A stretch of DNA of 64,000 bases, from positions 2,914,001 to 2,978,000 of the forward strand of contig OZ374559.1 in the NCBI GenBank assembly GCA_977862235.1, written 5' to 3'. This stretch comes from Dudresnaya verticillata (lineage: Eukaryota). The notes below the pieces were generated by a model. It saw only the letters and a program-made list of their open reading frames with translations, did not search any database and was not told the origin of the DNA. Below are positions 45,615-58,600 of the stretch, one piece after another (positions within the stretch are counted from its first letter, which is position 1; the number at the start of each line of letters is the position of its first letter). The position numbers and the translations under genes were made by a program.

Positions 45615-46493
45615 TTAACGGTTGGGCTCTCTCCCCTCCGTTCTTGACCTTTTGTGTTTAGAAACGTATAGTCTCCTCATCAGCTCAACTTCTGATCCTC
45701 GCAAGTGTGGAAGACGAAGGCAGGATGGAAACAGCCGTGGAGGAGCTCTCCGCGAAGATGGTTCGAGACTTTTGGACCGCTGAAGATATTCATGCCTGCG
45801 GAAAAGATTATCATTGCTTCTTGTACGTCTTACTCTTTTCGACTCTGGGTTGATAGATATCGTGAGGACAGAAAGACCCTGAAGGGCCGCATGTTTCCTT
45901 GGAATCCTAACGTTTGGGCATTCGCGCTCTATTAGAGCGTTCAGTTCGTAAAGCTCATCGATGATATCGGAACGTGGGTTCTTTCCCCTGGCAGCACGTG
46001 CCGATGCATAGTCCGCAAAAGAATTGGATAAGAACACGATCCCTTCATACCCGAAACGCCTGCATTGTTCAAGGACCTCGTTGCAAAGATGCAGAGGGCA
46101 GAATGGCATAAAAAGAATAGCACAAGTTCCCGCCGGAGGGGTCCTCATTCTGTTGGAGCAAGCGGGAACAACATTGAACCCTGCTCGTTGCGCGACTTGG
46201 ATATCGTCCTGTTTGAATACCGGATCAGTGATCGTGCAAACAGAAAGTTGTCCCAGCATTTCTTTGACCAACAACGCACAAGCAAACTGAACCAACGAAT
46301 TCTGAGCAGCGACGAACGAGCCGATTCCAAGACACTGGAGAGAGTATGGCCTTCTTCCTGCCTTGGCATGCTGGAGGTCGCGTTTGAGAATCGCCCACCA
46401 GCCTGATTTGCGAAGCTCTCGTTTGACTTCTTCGAGGCGCCTCGCAGTTCTTGTCGCCGTGGCTGACATGTGCCGAGGGTCAGTGCCCTTCAT
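45615..46493 (-). CDS. SRR1-domain protein; unit 6
   Basis: Protein identical to unit 1. Confidence 0.8.
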   Translation of the reverse strand: MKGTDPRHMSATATRTARRLEEVKRELRKSGWWAILKRDLQHAKAGRRPYSLQCLGIGSFVAAQNSLVQFACALLVKEMLGQLSVCTITDPVFKQDDIQVAQRAGFNVVPACSNRMRTPPAGTCAILFMPFCPLHLCNEVLEQCRRFGYEGIVFLSNSFADYASARAARGKNPRSDIIDELYELNALIERECPNVRIPRKHAALQGLSVLTISINPESKRVRRTRSNDNLFRRHEYLQRSKSLEPSSRRAPPRLFPSCLRLPHLRGSEVELMRRLYVSKHKRSRTEGREPNR

Positions 46494-48212
46494 TTCTGAA
46501 TGTGTAGCGTGAACGGGGTGGTGATTTGGCAAGGCAAGAATTGACAATGTGCTCTACACAGGGCCGCGGCGTGGAAAGGTTGTAGGTGGGAGCAGTACGC
46601 AACTCGGAGTTCAGTGCAGACACGATAAATAGGTCGGGCGGGAACGCTCAGAGGGCGGTAAAATGCACTCGCAAGTTGCGTTTCGCGCCAAATACCGCCC
46701 AGAATTTCTCCACATGCCATTCTTAATAGTTTGTGAGATATTCCGAATGAGCAGCGAAGCAGCCTCCCAAGAATATTCTCCTCACTTAACGTAGCAAGTT
46801 CCAAGACGTCTTGATCACTGAATACAACGCCACGACCAAAGTGCTTCTACGCTGGACTGACAATAGTGTTAGTGGATAGAAAGCCCCCCTTAACTTGTTT
46901 CAGTTAGCATTAGTCGTCGCAATTATCCCATATCCCGTCTGATGCGTTCTAGTGCTTTACCCCTCTCCCCTGTCCAGTCCACAGTCTCTCTTTCTAAATA
47001 AAGGTTGGTTCTAAAGGCATCTCTCTTCTAAATGAGATGGCCGAATCGAAGATGTGAGTTTATTGCAGTGGACGGGAGAGTGACGTCATGTATAATCACC
47101 TGATTATCTGCACCAAGAGGTGTGCAATGAAGTGATCCAGCCACAGGAATCTCTTTTGAGGATGCTTACGGTACCTCGAACACCTCATTGTGACACTGAA
47201 AATCTTTACCTTTTCAACTCTGCACCGTCAAGAAGCCCACGAATGTTGACAAGCAATCTCGAAAGCAACGGCTCAGTTTATTCCCAATAACAGTAGAAAC
47301 AGACTCGTAAATAAGGCGAGTCTCTTAATGGGTGGGGAAGATGCCGTTCTCCGCAGCGATGAAGTTCGCTAGTCGGTTTCCCTCCACTGTCAAAAGGGAT
47401 AAGTGACTTTCATAATCTCAATAAATGGGTACAAGCTTCGCAAAACCTGATGCGCGTATAGTTCAAAGCGGCGACAAAATGGCTCGCAATGTGGCTATCA
47501 CCATCGGGGGAAGTTCGAAGGGAATTTCGTACAGACGAAGAGAGTGATGGCCTGGTTCAGCTCGAGAGCCTGCATGGGGTGGAAATCGCCAGGAGCAGGT
47601 GAATATAAATGTTTACTCAACTTTAGAGTGTTTAGAGTGTACTCGCCTCGTCCAGGAGCAGGTCGACGGGACAACCGAGTAGGGCCCTGAAATGAGTTTA
47701 GGTCACTAATACCCGCACATGGGCCTTCAAGTCGCCCCGCCCGATCGGGACCACCTAAAACAACCATTAAAAGTTTACCATCACTAAGCTTCACTACTAG
47801 GTCAAAGCGGAAGCGATAGTTGTTTTTTTGGTAGTGAGCGTAATCCACCAGGAGAGGAAAATCAAAAACAAAGGGAGCAGCCACTAAAGTAAACCGTCGC
47901 ACTGGATCTGGTCTTGCTGGTAGTGACATATCCTATTAGTAAGATGGACATGCAGGCAGGATGAATCAATGGAGAAGTGTGGTTGATGTTTTAGAAGAGA
48001 ATTTGTTGCTGGAAACATGGAGGTACTTTGTATGTAAGTTTGTAAAATGATGCATTACAACCTCGAGAGTAGGAAGATTTGAATAAAGGGATAAAGGGAT
48101 GAAGTGCTTGAAAAGCATAAAACGTTTTATACATTCGTCTGCATTTTTGCTTACTTTATACAATTAGTGGCACAAGCAAAGGATGTTCATGTTATGTATT
48201 ACTGCAGCAAGA

Positions 48213-48704
48213 CTAAGGACCTCCAGTCTCTTCCAGAATCAGAATGGCAATCTTGATCGCGATTATCAAGATCTTCAAGACCAGAATCCAAGGGAACCGC
48301 ACCGCCTTGGCCAACAGTTCCATCCTTCCCATATTCTTGTCCAAGGATGTGACCTGTACGAGCTGTCGGAAGGTGCCCTTTAGATCGCTGTTGACGCAAG
48401 AAATCGAGCTCTGCACAAGAGATTTCAATTGCACCACGCCCTTGGACATAAATGGTTCGCAGAAAGCATTCGACACAAAGGCAGACCGTCCAAACACTTG
48501 AATACAAAGCGAATGGAGCTCCTTCGTCATCCTTCCGTTCTTGTAGATTATGTGACACATACATCCTGAAGAATGGATCATGGTGTCGCTTGAGCACGTG
48601 TTACTGAGAGCATGAGAAACTTCGGAGATTGGCTTGAGACTGACAGCTGTGCAGGTGCCAATGATGGTGCACAGGATAGATGAGATGAGGAAGGATTTCT
48701 TCAT
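48213..48704 (-). CDS. Secreted precursor B; unit 6
   Basis: Protein identical to unit 1. Confidence 0.88.
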   Translation of the reverse strand: MKKSFLISSILCTIIGTCTAVSLKPISEVSHALSNTCSSDTMIHSSGCMCHIIYKNGRMTKELHSLCIQVFGRSAFVSNAFCEPFMSKGVVQLKSLVQSSISCVNSDLKGTFRQLVQVTSLDKNMGRMELLAKAVRFPWILVLKILIIAIKIAILILEETGGP

Positions 48705-51128
48705 CTTGTTGGTTGCTGTAGATGAACCCCGAATGGCAGATTGTGCGTATACGGATTGCGTATAGCAGTTGGTTTGTGTAACACAGACTTGACTTCTGGT
48801 TAGCACGACTTGGTTATGTGTGGGTGATCTCGGATTCTTTAGCCGATTGTAGAGACGATTTGTTGTGTTGGAGAGTTGCTTGTTCGCGTCGATTGCTGTT
48901 GGTTTCTGATCCTGATTGCAACCCCGGGTTGGGCGTGCTCTGTGGTTTTTATAGAAGAGGATCAAATGTTACGCTTGCACATGGTAGCAAGCCCCTGAAA
49001 CTCAGGATCTAGGTCTAATGCATTCGACTACAAACAAACGCCTTTACCGTTCGCTCGGAAAGACTCACTTGTGCCTATGATTGTCGGCATTCATAATCGT
49101 AGCCACAGGATGAAACAATATTGAAAGTGCTTGCGCCAACAACAGGCTCCCTGCCTCACGTTTCACCTCGGCATCGCGCACAACGTTCACGTCTCCTTTT
49201 TTTGTTACAGCCGCCTCTCCTTCCGCCTCCCTACATCCTCCCCCTCTTTCTCGTTTGGCCTGCGTCGTGATGTTTTACTCTTTTACTGTGCCCGCTCGTG
49301 TCAGATCTGCCGATATTTGAGATCTTTCTGGGATACTGAGCGCAGGCAACACCGTTTCAGAGAATGTGACTATGATGGCACAATGATACATTGGCACGCG
49401 TCCAATTGCAGCAGTTTGCTCCATTTTGCATTGTATGAGTTCGAGTGAGCAGCAATACCATGTACCGTGTCTACCTTCTTCGGCCGGTACGGGCTCAATA
49501 CTCTTCATAAACTATACGGCTGTGAAATGGCATCGTATTCAAATCAAACAGCACCGTACTGAGAGTGTGATGTGCGGAAAGCGAGTGGGGCAGTCTCGAG
49601 TCTTTCGAGCACACAAGTCACACCTGATACCGTGGCGGTGTTTGCTGCTGTACAACTTGCACTGTGAGCTTTCTCATTTCTCATTTCAGCTGCAATACAA
49701 CTTCGCGAAGGTGCCAACGTTCGTGAAGGGGCATACTGTGTGAATATTGTGATAGTGTGTAGAAAGTCGGAAGGGGCTTTTATCAGTTCGTTTTTATGCT
49801 GCACGAGCTTGCGAACCTCGTTGGAGGCAGCCGTGAGAGTATAACAAAGCGAGTACTTTGACAAAGGTCGGTTTGATTCACGTCGTCGGATACATTGAAA
49901 CTGTATGAAGTGCTTTGAAGGTTACGGAAACGTCAATAAGGCTTTGACTGTGCGGTAATGTGTGCCTGTGTGTGCTTTAGGTGCTCATATGTGCCATTCC
50001 GCTTTCTACGAGATGGTGGCTGAGCCAAGTGTTCCAAGGCCCCGGTCCACCTGCGGCTGTGCAAGTGGAGCAAGGCGTGACGGGAATGCAACATTCTGGA
50101 GCGAACAGGTGGCCTGGAGGCGGGCAACAAGAATATGCGGTCGTCCTTAGCAGCTCAGATGTGCAGAGATATAATGCAGTGAGATTGTGGTAATGTTATA
50201 TTATTACTGTTACACCATTTGTTCCCTCTTTCCGGATTTATGTGTGGTCATAGCTTTGAAACGGCACAGCGTTCTAACAAGTGCAGGGAGCCTCGAGGTT
50301 AGAAAGGCCGCACATAGCGCATGATCGCATGATGGCTATTGACTCTACCTGCAGCGTCCAAGTGAATTGGCGGCAGAACGCTTGCTGGCGGCGGTGACGG
50401 AGAACGTGCGGTAGCAGTTGAAGCTACGAGATTTGTGTAACGTGTCAAGACAAAAGGTTCAGCTGCTGTGAACTGCAGCTACGAATGCCAAAGGCTATCA
50501 CCGCATATCACTGCGTGTACATACTTGGACCGTCCTGTTGGAATATCTCGGAGATGTTTCCTAGTCTTTCACTCTTCCGCCGCACTCGTTGGCCGCTGGT
50601 GTTGTGCCTAAACTACCACCGCCAGTTGGCGTCGGGTGGGCGCTCGTTCCCCCTCTCATTTTACTAGAGCGAGTGGCGCGCAACGCTTCTTCCCCGAGGT
50701 ACATCTCACAACTTTTCTGCGGCTGTGTGCGTCTGCTGTTACGTTACGTTGGAACGGAACAAAGCGCTGTTCTGTTCTTGTTCTAGACTATAGTCGAGAA
50801 TAGCCACATGCCATCGTGCTGTGTCACAGTGCGCCTCACAAAGTATGAAGTCAAGGTTTGCGAGGTCGTTGCGCCGAGATCGTGGCGATGCTGTATGAAG
50901 TTTACTTAAGGCTATATAAGTGCTGGGCGGCTCACCAAAGACTCAAACCACCTAAATCATTGCGGTACTTCTGCACAGCAGCAAAGCACACTCTATTCAC
51001 TCACACACACATTCACACAGCATACTTTCCATCTGCACCCGCACCCTTCCAGAACAACTCCTCAACACATCAACACACCTTCTGTGCTACATTTCTATCC
51101 CGTTTACAAATCAACCCGCAACTCCAAC

Positions 51129-51659
51129 ATGAAGTTCACCACCTCTTGTTTCGCAATTTTCTTGCTCATCGCTGTCTACGAGACGTCAGCTAAAGCTGCC
51201 TCCATTGTTTCCACACACGACGCCGTCCCTCAAAAAATAGAGCTCCATGGATCTCGCACCACAACTGGCGCATGCTCACACGACGACCTTCTTCAGACGG
51301 CAGGATGCATGTGCTACGTTGTACAATCAAAGGGGAAGATGACACGAGAACTTTCTTCATTGTGCACTGAAGTATTCGGGCGGTCCATTTTCTATTCGGA
51401 AAAGTACTGCGAGCCGTTCATGACCGGTGGCATGACCCAGTACATGTCATTAGTCAAGAGTGCAAATACCTGCCTCAGCACCAAACTCGCTGCATCACTC
51501 CGTCAACTGTCGCGTGGATCTAAACACGAGTCGACGTCTACGGCCTTGGAACCAGGGAACAAAATGGAGCTGGAAGCGAGCGTGGTTCGTAAGTTCCCAT
51601 GGAAGCTAGTACTGAAGATCTTGAAGATTGCGATCGAAATTATACTATTGTTCTTGTAG
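51129..51659 (+). CDS. Secreted precursor A; unit 7
   Basis: Protein identical to unit 1. Confidence 0.88.
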   Translation: MKFTTSCFAIFLLIAVYETSAKAASIVSTHDAVPQKIELHGSRTTTGACSHDDLLQTAGCMCYVVQSKGKMTRELSSLCTEVFGRSIFYSEKYCEPFMTGGMTQYMSLVKSANTCLSTKLAASLRQLSRGSKHESTSTALEPGNKMELEASVVRKFPWKLVLKILKIAIEIILLFL

Positions 51660-52135
51660 TGGAGTTGGCAGATGTGTCATTGTTATTGTATATTGTGTTT
51701 TCTGGTGGGACTGTGATGTAAAAAGAGAGAAACAGGTGTGTCGCTGGATAAAACAACTCTTTTTTGTTAGACCTTTAGGAAGCGGGTGAGATTTGTGCGT
51801 AGAAAGTAACCAAGGGAGAGAGGGAGAGAGCAGCATCCTTTTTGCTCAGAAGATTCACATTAATGTAGCCGCCCACTAGTTTGTGTCAACCGCCTTTCCC
51901 GAAGCCGCCTGTGGACGTCCACTGCCATTGTTTATACCTTTTGACTTGGCAACTTGGGCATGAAATTCTATTCCTATGTCTGGTCATCAATATGTATGGC
52001 CGAGTTTTCCTGTCCTTGACCTCAACCTCAACGCATTGCGACCTTGCTGTCGAAAAAGGTACCTCCCCAGCCTCCGGGAAGCTTAATGTTACTCTCATCT
52101 GACTTCCTTAGCCCTTCAATGCGCGGCAGTTAATG

Positions 52136-53014
52136 TTAACGGTTGGGCTCTCTCCCCTCCGTTCTTGACCTTTTGTGTTTAGAAACGTATAGTCTCCTCA
52201 TCAGCTCAACTTCTGATCCTCGCAAGTGTGGAAGACGAAGGCAGGATGGAAACAGCCGTGGAGGAGCTCTCCGCGAAGATGGTTCGAGACTTTTGGACCG
52301 CTGAAGATATTCATGCCTGCGGAAAAGATTATCATTGCTTCTTGTACGTCTTACTCTTTTCGACTCTGGGTTGATAGATATCGTGAGGACAGAAAGACCC
52401 TGAAGGGCCGCATGTTTCCTTGGAATCCTAACGTTTGGGCATTCGCGCTCTATTAGAGCGTTCAGTTCGTAAAGCTCATCGATGATATCGGAACGTGGGT
52501 TCTTTCCCCTGGCAGCACGTGCCGATGCATAGTCCGCAAAAGAATTGGATAAGAACACGATCCCTTCATACCCGAAACGCCTGCATTGTTCAAGGACCTC
52601 GTTGCAAAGATGCAGAGGGCAGAATGGCATAAAAAGAATAGCACAAGTTCCCGCCGGAGGGGTCCTCATTCTGTTGGAGCAAGCGGGAACAACATTGAAC
52701 CCTGCTCGTTGCGCGACTTGGATATCGTCCTGTTTGAATACCGGATCAGTGATCGTGCAAACAGAAAGTTGTCCCAGCATTTCTTTGACCAACAACGCAC
52801 AAGCAAACTGAACCAACGAATTCTGAGCAGCGACGAACGAGCCGATTCCAAGACACTGGAGAGAGTATGGCCTTCTTCCTGCCTTGGCATGCTGGAGGTC
52901 GCGTTTGAGAATCGCCCACCAGCCTGATTTGCGAAGCTCTCGTTTGACTTCTTCGAGGCGCCTCGCAGTTCTTGTCGCCGTGGCTGACATGTGCCGAGGG
53001 TCAGTGCCCTTCAT
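52136..53014 (-). CDS. SRR1-domain protein; unit 7
   Basis: Protein identical to unit 1. Confidence 0.8.
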   Translation of the reverse strand: MKGTDPRHMSATATRTARRLEEVKRELRKSGWWAILKRDLQHAKAGRRPYSLQCLGIGSFVAAQNSLVQFACALLVKEMLGQLSVCTITDPVFKQDDIQVAQRAGFNVVPACSNRMRTPPAGTCAILFMPFCPLHLCNEVLEQCRRFGYEGIVFLSNSFADYASARAARGKNPRSDIIDELYELNALIERECPNVRIPRKHAALQGLSVLTISINPESKRVRRTRSNDNLFRRHEYLQRSKSLEPSSRRAPPRLFPSCLRLPHLRGSEVELMRRLYVSKHKRSRTEGREPNR

Positions 53015-54733
53015 TTCTGAATGTGTAGCGTGAACGGGGTGGTGATTTGGCAAGGCAAGAATTGACAATGTGCTCTACACAGGGCCGCGGCGTGGAAAGG
53101 TTGTAGGTGGGAGCAGTACGCAACTCGGAGTTCAGTGCAGACACGATAAATAGGTCGGGCGGGAACGCTCAGAGGGCGGTAAAATGCACTCGCAAGTTGC
53201 GTTTCGCGCCAAATACCGCCCAGAATTTCTCCACATGCCATTCTTAATAGTTTGTGAGATATTCCGAATGAGCAGCGAAGCAGCCTCCCAAGAATATTCT
53301 CCTCACTTAACGTAGCAAGTTCCAAGACGTCTTGATCACTGAATACAACGCCACGACCAAAGTGCTTCTACGCTGGACTGACAATAGTGTTAGTGGATAG
53401 AAAGCCCCCCTTAACTTGTTTCAGTTAGCATTAGTCGTCGCAATTATCCCATATCCCGTCTGATGCGTTCTAGTGCTTTACCCCTCTCCCCTGTCCAGTC
53501 CACAGTCTCTCTTTCTAAATAAAGGTTGGTTCTAAAGGCATCTCTCTTCTAAATGAGATGGCCGAATCGAAGATGTGAGTTTATTGCAGTGGACGGGAGA
53601 GTGACGTCATGTATAATCACCTGATTATCTGCACCAAGAGGTGTGCAATGAAGTGATCCAGCCACAGGAATCTCTTTTGAGGATGCTTACGGTACCTCGA
53701 ACACCTCATTGTGACACTGAAAATCTTTACCTTTTCAACTCTGCACCGTCAAGAAGCCCACGAATGTTGACAAGCAATCTCGAAAGCAACGGCTCAGTTT
53801 ATTCCCAATAACAGTAGAAACAGACTCGTAAATAAGGCGAGTCTCTTAATGGGTGGGGAAGATGCCGTTCTCCGCAGCGATGAAGTTCGCTAGTCGGTTT
53901 CCCTCCACTGTCAAAAGGGATAAGTGACTTTCATAATCTCAATAAATGGGTACAAGCTTCGCAAAACCTGATGCGCGTATAGTTCAAAGCGGCGACAAAA
54001 TGGCTCGCAATGTGGCTATCACCATCGGGGGAAGTTCGAAGGGAATTTCGTACAGACGAAGAGAGTGATGGCCTGGTTCAGCTCGAGAGCCTGCATGGGG
54101 TGGAAATCGCCAGGAGCAGGTGAATATAAATGTTTACTCAACTTTAGAGTGTTTAGAGTGTACTCGCCTCGTCCAGGAGCAGGTCGACGGGACAACCGAG
54201 TAGGGCCCTGAAATGAGTTTAGGTCACTAATACCCGCACATGGGCCTTCAAGTCGCCCCGCCCGATCGGGACCACCTAAAACAACCATTAAAAGTTTACC
54301 ATCACTAAGCTTCACTACTAGGTCAAAGCGGAAGCGATAGTTGTTTTTTTGGTAGTGAGCGTAATCCACCAGGAGAGGAAAATCAAAAACAAAGGGAGCA
54401 GCCACTAAAGTAAACCGTCGCACTGGATCTGGTCTTGCTGGTAGTGACATATCCTATTAGTAAGATGGACATGCAGGCAGGATGAATCAATGGAGAAGTG
54501 TGGTTGATGCTTTAGAAGAGAATTTGTTGCTGGAAACATGGAGGTACTTTGTATGTAAGTTTGTAAAATGATGCATTACAACCTCGAGAGTAGGAAGATT
54601 TGAATAAAGGGATAAAGGGATGAAGTGCTTGAAAAGCATAAAACGTTTTATACATTCGTCTGCATTTTTGCTTACTTTATACAATTAGTGGCACAAGCAA
54701 AGGATGTTCATGTTATGTATTACTGCAGCAAGA

Positions 54734-55225
54734 CTAAGGACCTCCAGTCTCTTCCAGAATCAGAATGGCAATCTTGATCGCGATTATCAAGATCTTCAAG
54801 ACCAGAATCCAAGGGAACCGCACCGCCTTGGCCAACAGTTCCATCCTTCCCATATTCTTGTCCAAGGATGTGACCTGTACGAGCTGTCGGAAGGTGCCCT
54901 TTAGATCGCTGTTGACGCAAGAAATCGAGCTCTGCACAAGAGATTTCAATTGCACCACGCCCTTGGACATAAATGGTTCGCAGAAAGCATTCGACACAAA
55001 GGCAGACCGTCCAAACACTTGAATACAAAGCGAATGGAGCTCCTTCGTCATCCTTCCGTTCTTGTAGATTATGTGACACATACATCCTGAAGAATGGATC
55101 ATGGTGTCGCTTGAGCACGTGTTACTGAGAGCATGAGAAACTTCGGAGATTGGCTTGAGACTGACAGCTGTGCAGGTGCCAATGATGGTGCACAGGATAG
55201 ATGAGATGAGGAAGGATTTCTTCAT
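54734..55225 (-). CDS. Secreted precursor B; unit 7
   Basis: Protein identical to unit 1. Confidence 0.88.
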   Translation of the reverse strand: MKKSFLISSILCTIIGTCTAVSLKPISEVSHALSNTCSSDTMIHSSGCMCHIIYKNGRMTKELHSLCIQVFGRSAFVSNAFCEPFMSKGVVQLKSLVQSSISCVNSDLKGTFRQLVQVTSLDKNMGRMELLAKAVRFPWILVLKILIIAIKIAILILEETGGP

Positions 55226-55672
55226 CTTGTTGGTTGCTGTAGATGAACCCCGAATGGCAGATTGTGCGTATACGGATTGCGTATAGCAGTTGGTTTGTGT
55301 AACACAGACTTGACTTCTGGTTAGCACGACTTGGTTATGTGTGGGTGATCTCGGATTCTTTAGCCGATTGTAGAGACGATTTGTTGTGTTGGAGAGTTGC
55401 TTGTTCGCGTCGATTGCTGTTGGTTTCTGATCCTGATTGCAACCCCGGGTTGGGCGTGCTCTGTGGTTTTTATAGAAGAGGATCAAATGTTACGCTTGCA
55501 CATGGTAGCAAGCCCCTGAAACTCAGGATCTAGGTCTAATGCATTCGACTACAAACAAACGCCTTTACCGTTCGCTCGGAAAGACTCACTTGTGCCTATG
55601 ATTGTCGGCATTCATAATCGTAGCCACAGGATGAAACAATATTGAAAGTGCTTGCGCCAACAACAGGCTCCC

Positions 55673-58600
55673 AATAAAGGAATGGTATTTGGATCAGTAG
55701 CAAGTTGGCAGTAGCAGCGGTATCAGAGGAACAGTAGATTTACAGAACAGAGTAGATCAGATTGTGTTGTGTAGATAAAATGTTGTCCTGTTGAGAGGGT
55801 AGAACAAGAGAGAACTAGGCGGTACTTATAGGCAGGCGAAGACTGCCTCTAAAACGTAAAACGACCGTTGCCTAAACCAAGAAGAAAGTGCTCACTGAGA
55901 ACCATTGTGAATACAACTACATAAAACATAAACATGGTTCGTCAGCATGAATACGACCGTAGAATAGTATCTGCAGTATTAATACGACTGTAGATCCATT
56001 TCATCAGTATGCATACGACTGTAGAATGATTGCATCAGTATGCATACGACCGTAGGACAATTAATGTTTTCATTCTCCTCCCGCTTTCTTAGCTGAGTCT
56101 AACCAGTGAACTGGTTTGAGTTGCGAAAGAGATTATCTGTGAAGTTCATGCTGAGCTCTCCAGAAAACATTGTCAGCTGTAAGGGTTGAACAAGCGGGCT
56201 GTTAGCCTTAGTGAGTGGATCTGCAAGGTTGGTCTTGCCAGGAATCCAGATGATGCGATTCACTTTGTGCGTCTCAAACTCATATCGAATGACGCTGACA
56301 TCTGCCCGAATAGAGCGATCAATGGAGTTGCGGCAGGTTGATAAAGTCTCATATAAATCCTTGGAGTCAAGAGCGACCATCAGGTCAACTTCAACGTCGA
56401 GAAGCGTCTTGTAGGCACTAACCAGAACTTTGCCTTCATCGATTGCTTCACCAGACGCTAGTATTTCTGCAGCTCCAATAGATTTGACTGGTCTCTTTGA
56501 CTTGTGTGAACACCATGAAAGTGTATGGAATATAGAACCCATTTCGAAGTCACCGATAAGTAGACCTGATATGAAACCAAGCTGGCCATAGTCAGAACTT
56601 CGACTAGCGTCTGCAAACATCAGAACGGATAGAGGGTACTCTTTCTTATCTGCTGGTCGCTTGTACATGATGGTACTTCCAAGTTTTTGCAGCAGTCTCA
56701 AAGAGTTGATTTGAGAGATCATATCGTGTACAGTGGTTTGAGGTACCTTCTGCTGTAAATGACTGGCATAGAAGGCACAGAATGGCGACGCGGCAATTCC
56801 AAGCCATCCAATCGAGCTGTTGACTGATCGGAAGGAACTAGTTTCGACAGCATTTAGAACTTCATCTCCTTGCTTTCTTCTTTGTCGATCAATGGGGTAG
56901 CAGTTTAAGTTTTCCAACTTTTCATCAGCTTGTATCCTTATAGAGCATTCATCATCTTGAGCAATGTGGAGGCCAAAGAAAAGGAACGAGCCCGGACCGT
57001 AAACAATTGTCCCGAGCTCATAGCGCTCCTGTATCTTTCCAATAGTTGACCGAACAGTTGACTGGTCACCAGCAAAGAGTACATCGTCCACAATTTTGAC
57101 AGCAACGAGTTGCAATGAACCAATTGCGTCCTTCTTGTAAAACAACTGTGGAACATAAACGAGTTGGCGGAGACCGATCGATGTTAAGAAATTGTCACTT
57201 TGTTCCTGCCACTTAGCATTGGCGTTCACAAGACCATATGCTGCAGTCAGCAACAACCAATAGTGCTGCTTGTCGTCGCTTTCTCGTGGCGGAACGACAT
57301 AGACGTCTCGCTTTGCTTCTCCTGTTTGCAGAAACGCGCTCTTAAAATCGATCTTGGCCAAGAACCACTTGAACTGAGCAGCGAGGGACAGCAAAATGCG
57401 AATACCAGTTGGCGGACAGGTTGAAGAGTCTGTTTTCAACTGAAAGCGTTCTTTGTCCTTGTTACCATGTGGCGCTATGCGTGCTTTCATTTTCATCGAG
57501 CCATCATCATTATTCTTAACTTTGTATATCACATGGCTTGTGATGACATTTGCATGCTTTGGGATATCAGAAGCATGGACCATCTTGACTGTTTTCTTAA
57601 AGGCCTCTTCTTCTTTTTTGTAAGCATTTAACAATGGAAACGTTGGTAGCCCTTGAGCCTGGTAGCGCATAAAATCTTTGTGACCGAAGGCAAGAGTATA
57701 CGACCCAAGAACCTCTTGCAGAGAACTTGTGAGCGTTTGATCTGGTATTTGTACGTTGTTGGTTGCTATTGCTTCATCCGAGCTATAGCGCCAGGTCTCA
57801 TCCGATAACTTGAGACATTCTTTGTCACCATCATTGTAATCAATGTTGTACTGGTTGTCATCTTCGTTAATTGATGCCACTTTTCCAGTGTAGAACATAT
57901 CGTCGAGGGGCCAATATACATCAATGACGTCACCAACGTTGGGGTGTGAGCTGAGAATATCTCCGTCATCGTTTTCGTATCCAACCTCCTCTATAGTGGT
58001 AGTCTCAAGCTCTTCATTTGATGCCACATCTTCTTTAGAACAGAGCTCATCAATGCTGTCATCCAGACTTTTGGAGAGAGCATCAATTGCTTCTTGGATG
58101 GAACTGCCTAGTGTATCCACAGGTAGGGCAGGACGGACATCTTCAACAGCTGCTTGGACTTGGCGTCCACGTTTTCCAGGAACTGAAATGGTTCCAGACG
58201 TTTTATCGAACGATAAAATCACCTTCGGAGATGACCACTTGCCGCGCTTGGCATTTTGTTCTTTGATATAAACTTGTACGGTATCTCCAACATTGAATGG
58301 TATATCAGCAGTTGACTTGGAGTGAAGGATGCGGGTTAATTTTCGCTTAGCCATGAGGTCATCGTGGGCCTTGGAAATTTCTTCAGGAACTTGTGCAGGA
58401 AATTCTCCGTATGTTATAGGTCTCGTATAGCCTTTCGCCAACTCATGAGCAGAACATACGTCATTTCCGTACAGATCATTTGATATTCGTAGTGCCTGCT
58501 GCACTAGGAGTCTTTGGTGCTCAGCAGAGTCATTTGTACATCCTTCTTTCAGGCGTAGGTAGATATCTCGAATAACTCTGTGCTTAGATTCAATGACATT